Position numbers and translations under genes: made by a program. The notes beneath the pieces were generated by a model. It did no database searches. It was not told the origin of the DNA and saw only the letters and a program-made list of their open reading frames with translations. This document shows, one piece after another, positions 27,673 to 34,742 of a DNA stretch of 44,573 bases; positions within the stretch are counted from its first letter, which is position 1, and each line of letters opens with the position of its first letter. Location: contig JACPVU010000018.1 of assembly GCA_016191585.1 (NCBI GenBank), forward strand, positions 1 to 44,573, read 5' to 3'. Source of the DNA: an archaeon. Lineage in GTDB: Archaea; Aenigmatarchaeota; Aenigmatarchaeia; GW2011-AR5.

Positions 27673-27855
27673 GATTGAATTCCATATTCGTATAATGATA
27701 GTCAACGTAGACATATACCTCATAGAACTTTGTTCTGTGGGGTCTTGGAAAGCTTTGCTTTCCAAAGACATCAAGGGACGTATATGTCAGCCAGGAGCGT
27801 TATCAAAAATATAATGCTCCTCACGTCGACTATCATATTTTAATGGAATTCAATC
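27673..27855. repeat. 183-nt multi-tier inverted-repeat element with 3 internal hairpins, function unknown
   Basis: Tiers: GATTGAATTCCAT/ATGGAATTCAATC (13 bp), ATGATAGTCAACGT/ACGTCGACTATCAT (14 bp, 1 mismatch) and GACATATAC/GTATATGTC (9 bp). Inner hairpins: AGAAC/GTTCT, GTCTTGGAAAGC/GCTTTCCAAAGAC and AGGAGCGTTAT/ATAATGCTCCT. Confidence 0.85.
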
Positions 27856-27861
27856 TACTAC

Positions 27862-27869
27862 TTTAAAAA
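27862..27869 (+). promoter_or_regulatory. candidate TATA box (TTTAAAAA) of the pilin-like operon
   Basis: It lies 29-36 nt upstream of the ATG at 27898, which has no SD motif, consistent with a leaderless transcript. It also directly follows the 3' arm of the structured element. Confidence 0.35.
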
Positions 27870-27897
27870 TCGGGGGCCACATATACTATTGATAACT

Positions 27898-28053
27898 ATG
27901 GACGAGATGTGGCTGATAATAATGATGTTCTTCATGGTGCTCATATTCGTGTTCATGGTGGCTGTAACTCAGGGATGGATAGATATCGCAAAGCCGCAGA
28001 TAGCCATAGGCGCTGCTATCCTTGTTAAGAATAAAAGAACCAGGAAGCGATGA
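27898..28053 (+). CDS. 51-aa single-TM mini-protein with a polybasic C-terminus (below the ORF-track cutoff)
   Basis: Translates to MDEMWLIIMMFFMVLIFVFMVAVTQGWIDIAKPQIAIGAAILVKNKRTRKR. The stop lies 1 nt before the next ATG. Confidence 0.5.
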   Translation: MDEMWLIIMMFFMVLIFVFMVAVTQGWIDIAKPQIAIGAAILVKNKRTRKR

Positions 28054-28054
28054 A

Positions 28055-28201
28055 ATGGATTTGAGAAAGAATCTGCTGACAACGGTTGTGATTATACTGC
28101 TGATATTAGTTATATTGTTCGCGCTGTGGGAATCTATGACAGGAGATGCGCCTAAAACAGTGTCCCAGTTTTTCATGGATCTGACAAGAGGCCTTGGATA
28201 G
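28055..28201 (+). CDS. 48-aa Flp-sized TM mini-protein (family member 1; below the ORF-track cutoff)
   Basis: Translates to MDLRKNLLTTVVIILLILVILFALWESMTGDAPKTVSQFFMDLTRGLG. It is tightly coupled to both flanking ORFs. Confidence 0.55.
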   Translation: MDLRKNLLTTVVIILLILVILFALWESMTGDAPKTVSQFFMDLTRGLG

Positions 28202-28202
28202 T

Positions 28203-28379
28203 ATGACTGAGAAAAAAGGAATCGTGATAACAACAGAGATGCTTGTAACGATCATATTCATAATAGTCGCAGCTCTAATACTGTTCTTTTTCTGGGCGTC
28301 GTTCTCCAGTGAAGCAGGCGGGCCTGTCAGCAGCCTGTTTTACAAGTTCATGGATTTCCTGACAGGATTCATGTCGTAG
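28203..28379 (+). CDS. 58-aa pilin-like mini-protein (family member 2) with a class-III-like 'KKG' leader
   Basis: Translates to MTEKKG|IVITTEMLVTIIFIIVAALILFFFW...LFYKFMDFLTGFMS. The track ORF 28194..28379 starts at a TTG, and the ATG at 28203 is preferred. Confidence 0.6.
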   Translation: MTEKKGIVITTEMLVTIIFIIVAALILFFFWASFSSEAGGPVSSLFYKFMDFLTGFMS

Positions 28380-28387
28380 GTGTTTTC

Positions 28388-29326
28388 ATGCCCGAAGAAA
28401 ACGTGATAGTCGTCATCATAGTGATGTTCATCGTACTTGCAATAGTCGTTGCGACATTCGGGATGTCAAATCCTTTCAAGACTGTCTACGGAACTTTTTC
28501 ACAAACAAGGGAAATGATAACCATAACCAGGGTTTCTGCTGATCCAGTCGCATACGACGCAGGCAATGGCAAGTATACTATAGCTACAGCACTGCTGTTT
28601 CATGTTGATCCTGATCCTGACGACAAATCAGATACAGTAAATCGCGGTATAATACCTCTCATTAGTTTCAAGAATTCGTACGCAAAATCTGAAACTATAT
28701 TCTTAACAAGCGGAGAAGATGACTACGACAAACCAAGTGTCAAGTTTGAAATAGTGAGCAGTTCACCGCCTATCGAAAACCCGAAAACCATGACCGGCGC
28801 TGAATTTCCGCCGATTGAAGAATATGACAAATGGATTCATAATGAAAGAAAAATCGAGAGAGACCATACTTACTTGTTTGAGGATGGCGATGAAAACAGG
28901 TATCTAATTTCATTGTCAGAACTGGAAATAAAAGGCAACATACTTGGATTTTCCAAGACTTGCAGGGCAAGGTTTAGGATGGAATGCAAAAACGACCTGA
29001 AGCAGTCGGAAGAGGTTGAAGGATGCAATATAGACGAGAAAGAATGCACCGACACAACCGTATTCAGGAACTGCAACGACGGCACTGTCACGATAAAAGC
29101 CAACAGCCTTTATTGCATTGCCGGATACGCAGACGTCACAGTAACGACAAAGGACGGGATGAAGTGGAGTGACATGGGCGAGACAGCTGTCGTAAGCCTT
29201 TTCAGGAACAGCGACTGCGTAAATACAGAGCTGCAGCGGGCTCTTGCAAACGGCATTAAGATACTGAACGAGAACTGCCCTAACGATTTCTTGGCTAGCA
29301 AGAAAATAACATTGAAAATATCGTGA
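28388..29326 (+). CDS. secreted or anchored Cys-containing protein with an N-terminal hydrophobic helix (pilus-associated candidate)
   Basis: N-terminus 'MPEENVIVVIIVMFIVLAIVVATFG'. 312 aa, 9 Cys in the C-terminal half. An AGGTG SD-like motif lies upstream. Confidence 0.6.
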   Translation: MPEENVIVVIIVMFIVLAIVVATFGMSNPFKTVYGTFSQTREMITITRVSADPVAYDAGNGKYTIATALLFHVDPDPDDKSDTVNRGIIPLISFKNSYAKSETIFLTSGEDDYDKPSVKFEIVSSSPPIENPKTMTGAEFPPIEEYDKWIHNERKIERDHTYLFEDGDENRYLISLSELEIKGNILGFSKTCRARFRMECKNDLKQSEEVEGCNIDEKECTDTTVFRNCNDGTVTIKANSLYCIAGYADVTVTTKDGMKWSDMGETAVVSLFRNSDCVNTELQRALANGIKILNENCPNDFLASKKITLKIS

Positions 29327-29383
29327 AAGCATTTTTCTGCTTTTAAAAAGTTTCAATGAATATACAATAACTAGGTTAAAACA

Positions 29384-30136
29384 ATGAAGCTTAAACCACG
29401 GCATGCCCTCATCCCGATACTTGTGTTTCCTGTCTTATTTTGTATATATATGTATACGGCTGAAAAACTCGAAGAAAGACGACAGCATCAGAAATATCAG
29501 GCATACAGAAACGCTGAAAACGACGTTCAGATATATCTCGATGACGTAAAAAACGGCGAGGGATGGAAGATCGACAGCATTTCTTCCGTACTAAACAGCA
29601 GGAGTTATTGCGGTATAACCTATTCAAAAGCCGTAGACGCGCTTGTCAGGACGCGAAGCCCGAAAGCGTATGAACCGCTCCTAAAAGTCGCTGGGGGCGC
29701 AAATCCTTATACATACAGTGAAGTCACTTATAAATTCGATGATGGGTCAACAGACGTTTACGATCCTAATACTGTAGCGATAAAATGGCTTGCAAGAACC
29801 AGCGGAAAGAAGGCGCTGAAACACTTTGTCAGAGAATTCGAAAAAGACCAGCCATACTCAAACCCGTACGTGATCTCGCGCTTTATTCTTGAAGGTGTCA
29901 ATCCAGGAGAGGAAAAAGACGATGTTATTGCAGCCATTTCAAAACCACTCCTTCAGCGCCCTACAAGGTGTGATGAAATAATTTATGCTGACGCGCTGAG
30001 AAAAGTCGATAACAAAGCCGCTGAAATCGTGGCAAAGGAAATCGATAGCTGGAAATTTTTTTATATTAATGATAACTTCTACTACCGAAATAATGACTGC
30101 GCGAAAGATATAACAGCCACACTAATCGGGCAATAG
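29384..30136 (+). CDS. N-terminally anchored protein, possibly HEAT-repeat-like
   Basis: Signal-anchor 'ALIPILVFPVLFCIYMY'. Repeated helical segments 'AVDALVRTRSPKAYEPLLKV', 'AIKWLARTSGKKALKHFV' and 'ADALRKVDNKAAEIV' are a weak HEAT-like pattern. Confidence 0.45.
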   Translation: MKLKPRHALIPILVFPVLFCIYMYTAEKLEERRQHQKYQAYRNAENDVQIYLDDVKNGEGWKIDSISSVLNSRSYCGITYSKAVDALVRTRSPKAYEPLLKVAGGANPYTYSEVTYKFDDGSTDVYDPNTVAIKWLARTSGKKALKHFVREFEKDQPYSNPYVISRFILEGVNPGEEKDDVIAAISKPLLQRPTRCDEIIYADALRKVDNKAAEIVAKEIDSWKFFYINDNFYYRNNDCAKDITATLIGQ

Positions 30137-30545
30137 CTTTACAAAAAACACAACTGGCTATTTTCTTTGTTCATAAATGACGCTTAGTCAATTACTGCCC
30201 ATAAATTGAATGAACGCATTAAGACGAGCATCAATCTTTCGTTGCTTTTTTGGCCCAATTCTGCAAAAATATCAGGTTCATGTTTAGTTGTCGAAATTCA
30301 TCTCATAGCTGAATCCAGAAGCGTTCTTTCGATACCTATAACGCATTTATTTAGCCCGGAACAATATGATATATAGCATCTGACATAAATATTCAGACAT
30401 ATTATGATGTCAGTGCTATATACAGAGACATTATTTTTGTACGAAAAATAATGTCATCTGTTATAGTAAGGCAATCAGAATCCCGTTGTATGAATTGCAT
30501 ATAGCAATAAAATAATGCCGGGGTTGTCTTATTGCTGTACTAGAA

Positions 30546-31403
30546 GTGATAGAATTGAAAGGGTCTATAGAATTTTCGCAGGGCGCTGTGCTGTACATAA
30601 TACTCATGCTTTTAGTCATTTTCATAGGGCTTATGATTGTGACCAAGGGACAGCTCCTGCTGGTATTTGAGCAGGACTCGCTTTCAAAGATGTTCGGACC
30701 TTCGCAGTTTCAGATGACAACCACTGTCAACGGAAAGGAGCAATCACTGTCTGAAAAAAATGTGCAGATCGAATGCATTAACTGGAATCTTAACTGGAAT
30801 CTGAAAATCAACAACGTTGGGTTCAGATATACAGGTGGCGGCAAGGACAACCTTAAATTCATAGTCGTGCTGGACCTGAACAAAGTCATGAGGGTAGGAC
30901 ATGACATCAGTTCAAACTTTTTATTTACGTGCACAAAACAGGGGGAAGGCACAAGCGCCAAATACGAATGCGGCGAGTCAAAAGAAATAATATTTGATTC
31001 TGTGCAGGCCGGCGGAGTTCTCCACTTCACTGCGTGGAAAGACGACGAAAATGCAGAGATTGCCAATAAGATCGCACCTAATCCTGACTATACGTTTGGC
31101 GATCTCGTAGACGAATACTCACAGAACTATATGGGTTCTTATGACCTGTCTGGTTTGACAGCATTCGAGGCGTGTCTCGGAGACATATGCAAAAAAATCA
31201 AAGATGGAGATGCTTGTATGAATACGAAGATAAAAAACAACGACAATAACGATATTGGATGCTGGTTCCAGTCAGGTAATTGCTATGCCTGCAAAACAGT
31301 TACGAAGTGCGGTGATTTTAAAAGCAGTGCTGAATGCAAACAGTGCAGCACTTACAACAACCTGAACTGTGGTTGGATATCGAATCAGTGCAAAAATGGG
31401 TGA
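30546..31403 (+). CDS. archaeal type IV pilin-like protein (class III signal peptide) with a Cys-rich C-terminal module
   Basis: 'MIELKG|SIEFSQGAVLYIILMLLVIFIGL' fits the archaeal prepilin pattern (K-G then x-S-x-E-F plus a hydrophobic helix). It has 14 Cys, 11 of them in the last 85 aa or so. Confidence 0.65.
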   Translation: MIELKGSIEFSQGAVLYIILMLLVIFIGLMIVTKGQLLLVFEQDSLSKMFGPSQFQMTTTVNGKEQSLSEKNVQIECINWNLNWNLKINNVGFRYTGGGKDNLKFIVVLDLNKVMRVGHDISSNFLFTCTKQGEGTSAKYECGESKEIIFDSVQAGGVLHFTAWKDDENAEIANKIAPNPDYTFGDLVDEYSQNYMGSYDLSGLTAFEACLGDICKKIKDGDACMNTKIKNNDNNDIGCWFQSGNCYACKTVTKCGDFKSSAECKQCSTYNNLNCGWISNQCKNG

Positions 31404-31408
31404 TACAT

Positions 31409-31543
31409 ATGGCAGATATATGGAGAGAGGTTTTGTGGATAATATTATTACTGATAGCACTTGGCGCTATTACATCGATAGCCGCTTTCATGAGCGGCGG
31501 CTCTTTCAAGGTTCTTGAGAACGTTCTGGGATTTTTGAGGTGA
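31409..31543 (+). CDS. 44-aa TM mini-protein (family member 3)
   Basis: Translates to MADIWREVLWIILLLIALGAITSIAAFMSGGSFKVLENVLGFLR. A GGGTGA SD motif lies 5 nt upstream. The track ORF 31334..31543 overlaps the previous gene, so the ATG at 31409 is preferred. Confidence 0.6.
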   Translation: MADIWREVLWIILLLIALGAITSIAAFMSGGSFKVLENVLGFLR

Positions 31544-31547
31544 TAAA

Positions 31548-31673
31548 ATGAGGTTGGAATATGTCGTAGTCGGTTTCATACTGGTGATGATTGTGCTTCT
31601 CATAGCGATCTCCATGCTGAATGGAGCTGTACCTGGAATCTTTGATGTCATAAAACTGATATCTGGCCAGTAA
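31548..31673 (+). CDS. 41-aa TM mini-protein (family member 4; below the ORF-track cutoff)
   Basis: Translates to MRLEYVVVGFILVMIVLLIAISMLNGAVPGIFDVIKLISGQ. A GAGGTGA SD motif lies 4 nt upstream. Confidence 0.6.
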   Translation: MRLEYVVVGFILVMIVLLIAISMLNGAVPGIFDVIKLISGQ

Positions 31674-31708
31674 ATGATGGAATTAACTACGGGACAAAAG
31701 GTGTAAGA

Positions 31709-33322
31709 ATGACAGATTCGATAGAAGAGGTAATATTTCCCGCAATCGGCTTAGTTTTCCTTCTTCTCGGGATAGTGCTGTTGGCGTCGATACTGTTTTC
31801 TGCTTTCAATCCATATGACCAGATAGCTTTCATCAACGCAGAAAAACTGAGGGCAAAGATAGACGAGGCGTGCATGACTAATAATGTAATGACAACTAAC
31901 AGTATCGAGCTCAGGCAGAATACGCCCTCGTTCACGTGGGCATTCAGCATACTGCCCAGGTGGTTGATACGTTCAGGCGGCGATCCTAATTATGTTTTAT
32001 ATTATGAAGCTTTTCCTCCAGGCGAAGCAACAGGCTGGGAAGTCTATCATGACATGCAGGCCAGAATAATAACACCTGTAACTGATGATTTCTTGAAAAG
32101 TCAACCAACACAATATGCCGGACAGTCTGTAATGGAATATGTGAAAGAAAAAGTGGAAAAAGCATATACAGGCAGCGACAAGATTGACTCTATAATCATA
32201 AGCAACATAGTTCTCAGCGAAGATTTCAGGGCAGACTACAGAATTGACAAAAAAGAATTGGAAAAATTCACTAGTGGTGGAGGTTCATTTGGTGGAGCTG
32301 GTGCGTCTACTTCGTGGAAGGGCGGGCCTGTTGAAGAGGCAAAGAAATCAGAGGAAAAATTCTTCTCGTACGGAAAATGGAGGGACCAAGATAAAGACAC
32401 GAAAATTCCCCTAACAGGTGCTGACAACGTATTTATGTTTTCAAACTACATGAGTCTCAGCCCGTCAGAAAAAACAGCCATAAAGTACATGCCTTGTGGT
32501 GTGAATTCACTGTGCCTAAAAACGAGAAGCGGCATATACTCGTTTCCGTTGCATCAGTGCAATGTTAAAGGCGTGCCAATAATAAATGATATTTTAATCG
32601 ATTACAATGGTGGTGGTGATGTTCCTCTTGGTAAAAAACTTCTCAACAATGTCAAGTCTGCCTTAGGCGGTCTTCTTATTTGGATAACGAAAGGTACGAG
32701 TCCTGGAGCCGATTTGGCTGGTGGTGGTTTGATTGCATCCGCTATCAGCGACTCATTGGTGAACAGCCTTCAATACAAACTAAGTGAGTTTTATATTGTC
32801 AGCCCGTGCACGATATCTGACAAACAACAGCTCAATAAAATAACGATACAGAAAAAAGAGTGCAAAGACGTATGTGAGAGCTACATATCGTATCCTATTT
32901 ATAGCTACGATTCAAAAAATCAAAAACTCAATCCTACTAATAATAATCACTTTGTATGCACAAGGTCGATTGGAAATACGATAAATAATCCGCCCGACAA
33001 TCTGATGCCCGGACAGTGCATAGTAGTAAGTATTGCAGCGAAAAAAAGCGATTATTGCTGGACACCGCAACCTAAAGACACAGGGTTGATTAGCAATTTA
33101 TGGAATTCTGTCAAACAACTTTATCCACCTGGCGTAGTTGCTTCTGCTGTCTTGAATATAGGTTATGGTTATCCCATTACCGGAAACACGGCATTTATTG
33201 CGCCTAATCAAAATTTAGATACCGACAATATGATAATTCTGAAACCAACCCAAACAGCACTTAAGGAAGGTGAGGGATTTTTCGAGAGCTTGGACAGAAA
33301 ACTGTTCTGGGGCTGGCCATGA
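31709..33322 (+). CDS. large secreted or anchored Cys-containing protein with a pilin-like N-terminus (pilus tip/adhesin candidate)
   Basis: 'MTD SIEEVIFPAIGLVFLLLGIVLLASILF' recalls the SIEF motif of 30546. 537 aa, Gly-rich linker 'SGGGSFGGAGAS', about 13 Cys. An AAAGGTG SD-like motif lies upstream. Confidence 0.6.
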   Translation: MTDSIEEVIFPAIGLVFLLLGIVLLASILFSAFNPYDQIAFINAEKLRAKIDEACMTNNVMTTNSIELRQNTPSFTWAFSILPRWLIRSGGDPNYVLYYEAFPPGEATGWEVYHDMQARIITPVTDDFLKSQPTQYAGQSVMEYVKEKVEKAYTGSDKIDSIIISNIVLSEDFRADYRIDKKELEKFTSGGGSFGGAGASTSWKGGPVEEAKKSEEKFFSYGKWRDQDKDTKIPLTGADNVFMFSNYMSLSPSEKTAIKYMPCGVNSLCLKTRSGIYSFPLHQCNVKGVPIINDILIDYNGGGDVPLGKKLLNNVKSALGGLLIWITKGTSPGADLAGGGLIASAISDSLVNSLQYKLSEFYIVSPCTISDKQQLNKITIQKKECKDVCESYISYPIYSYDSKNQKLNPTNNNHFVCTRSIGNTINNPPDNLMPGQCIVVSIAAKKSDYCWTPQPKDTGLISNLWNSVKQLYPPGVVASAVLNIGYGYPITGNTAFIAPNQNLDTDNMIILKPTQTALKEGEGFFESLDRKLFWGWP

Positions 33323-33376
33323 GCAATATAAATTGATATTTACATTTGTAACAATTACTATCAATAAGAAAAATAT

Positions 33377-34164
33377 TTAGAGTTTTATTATATCGTATAC
33401 GACGATTACTTCCCATAAACGTATGATGAAATGTGTTAATAAAACGTCTTTTTCGTCGTTGTATTCGGTAATCACATGTCTTGTGTGAATTCTTCCCGAA
33501 TCTATGTTTCTGAATCTTGGAAACCAGTGTTTTATCCGCCATGTATTTTCTATGTCGTTGTTGTTGTGTTCCTTGAAGCTGATAAATTTGTCGTGTTTTA
33601 CTTCTGGACCAAATACTTCGAAAATTGCTCTCCTGTACGCAGGTAATCCATCTGTTCGTATAATTTTCGGCCAATAGCCAGGAGGAAAACGCCTTCTAGC
33701 TTCCCAAAACAGAAATTTAGCGTCTTGTAAAGTCCGTGTTTTCGATAAGTGTGATGCCACAACTTTCTTCGTTTTTATGCACTTCACTCCCCACAACCAT
33801 GCTTTTTCGCCATTGAAAAGCTCTATCTGTGTTTCGTCTGTTTCCAGCAGTTCTCCAAGACCACGAATTACTTCTCTGTCATCTTTGGCGAATCTTCTGC
33901 ACCATCTGCCTATGGAAGAGATAGATTTTACGACGATATTAAACGCATTTGACACTACTTTTCTGGTCTTTTTCAGGGTAAGACCTTCGTGCCTTATCTC
34001 GACAGCGCTATAGACCTGATTTTTTGGAAATCTCATTCTTTTCCAATCTGTGTCGATAGACTGCCGACCACAACCCCGACACAAAAATTTTGTACAATAC
34101 CCCTGTTTTTTAACTCCCTCTTACCATTCTTTATCATGGCAAGGCCACAATTTGGACATTTCAT
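33377..34164 (-). pseudogene. IS6-family-like DDE transposase, frameshifted between the N-terminal Zn finger and the catalytic core
   Basis: The core ORF 33377..34084 carries 'TDETQIEL', 'IIRTDGLPAYRRAI' and 'NNNDIENTWRIKHW' (a D-D-E pattern). The upstream ATG at 34164 encodes 'MKCPNCGLAMIKNGKRELKNRGIVQNF' in another frame. The two join only if 2 nt are skipped near 34083-34090 ('...QNF-CRGCGRQ'). Confidence 0.7.
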
Positions 34165-34198
34165 AGATTTATCACCTATGAATTCCTGTGGCTTTGCC

Positions 34199-34708
34199 TT
34201 ATAAATCATACGTTAATGGAATTCTATCCGGTGTTGCTATCAGGATCTCCTTACCGGTTTCTAACAGTATTTTTTGGACAGTATCGGTAGATTCTCCGTG
34301 GTCAAAAATATCGTCAATTATAATTGCTTCGTCGTGTTGTTTCAGATGCTCTATTGCCTGCTCGACGTCAACGCTATCCACTTTTGGTTTGCCTGCAACG
34401 CCTATTCCACCAGTGCCGTACCTGCTTATTTTTATCGGAACGTAGTCTATTTCCTCGCCTTCTCTTGTGCACAATACTTTCCTAAAACCACCGCTCACGT
34501 ACAAAAATATCTGGCTGCCGCCGCGCATGAGCGGGAGAAGAAGGGGCTTTTTCTCTTTGTATTTTTCTTCGCGGTCATTAAGTATTTTTTTTGTAAGTTC
34601 ATAGGAATGTGCGGCTATTCTGAACGGTGTCACGGGCTCAAGGTAGAAGCCGTCTTTGATAAGTATACCATCCCTTTCTTTCCATGTCATACCATAAGAA
34701 TAAACCAA
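34199..34708 (-). CDS. phosphoribosyltransferase (purine PRT-like)
   Basis: PRPP-binding loop 'AIIIDDIFDHGESTDTV'. 169 aa. Confidence 0.75.
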   Translation of the reverse strand: MVYSYGMTWKERDGILIKDGFYLEPVTPFRIAAHSYELTKKILNDREEKYKEKKPLLLPLMRGGSQIFLYVSGGFRKVLCTREGEEIDYVPIKISRYGTGGIGVAGKPKVDSVDVEQAIEHLKQHDEAIIIDDIFDHGESTDTVQKILLETGKEILIATPDRIPLTYDL

Positions 34709-34742
34709 ATCTTTTTAAGTACGTGCAGAACGAATTTTAATT

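Noticed and set aside
21449-33322. A diversity-generating retroelement or other hypervariation system acting on the Cys-rich surface proteins.
   Set aside because: No reverse transcriptase ORF is present, and no template/variable repeat pair was seen. Only a 2 x 12-nt tandem repeat was found, at 30778-30801.
33323-34198. Terminal inverted repeats for the IS6-like element.
   Set aside because: Comparing 33323-33376 by eye with the reverse complement of 34165-34215 gave no convincing match of 10 nt or more. The boundaries are therefore left undefined rather than guessed.
34213-34224. A fourth copy of the GAATTCCATTAA word next to the IS element.
   Set aside because: It lies inside the 3' coding end of the phosphoribosyltransferase gene (encoding ...IPLTYDL) and is only 12 nt long, so it is plausibly coincidental.
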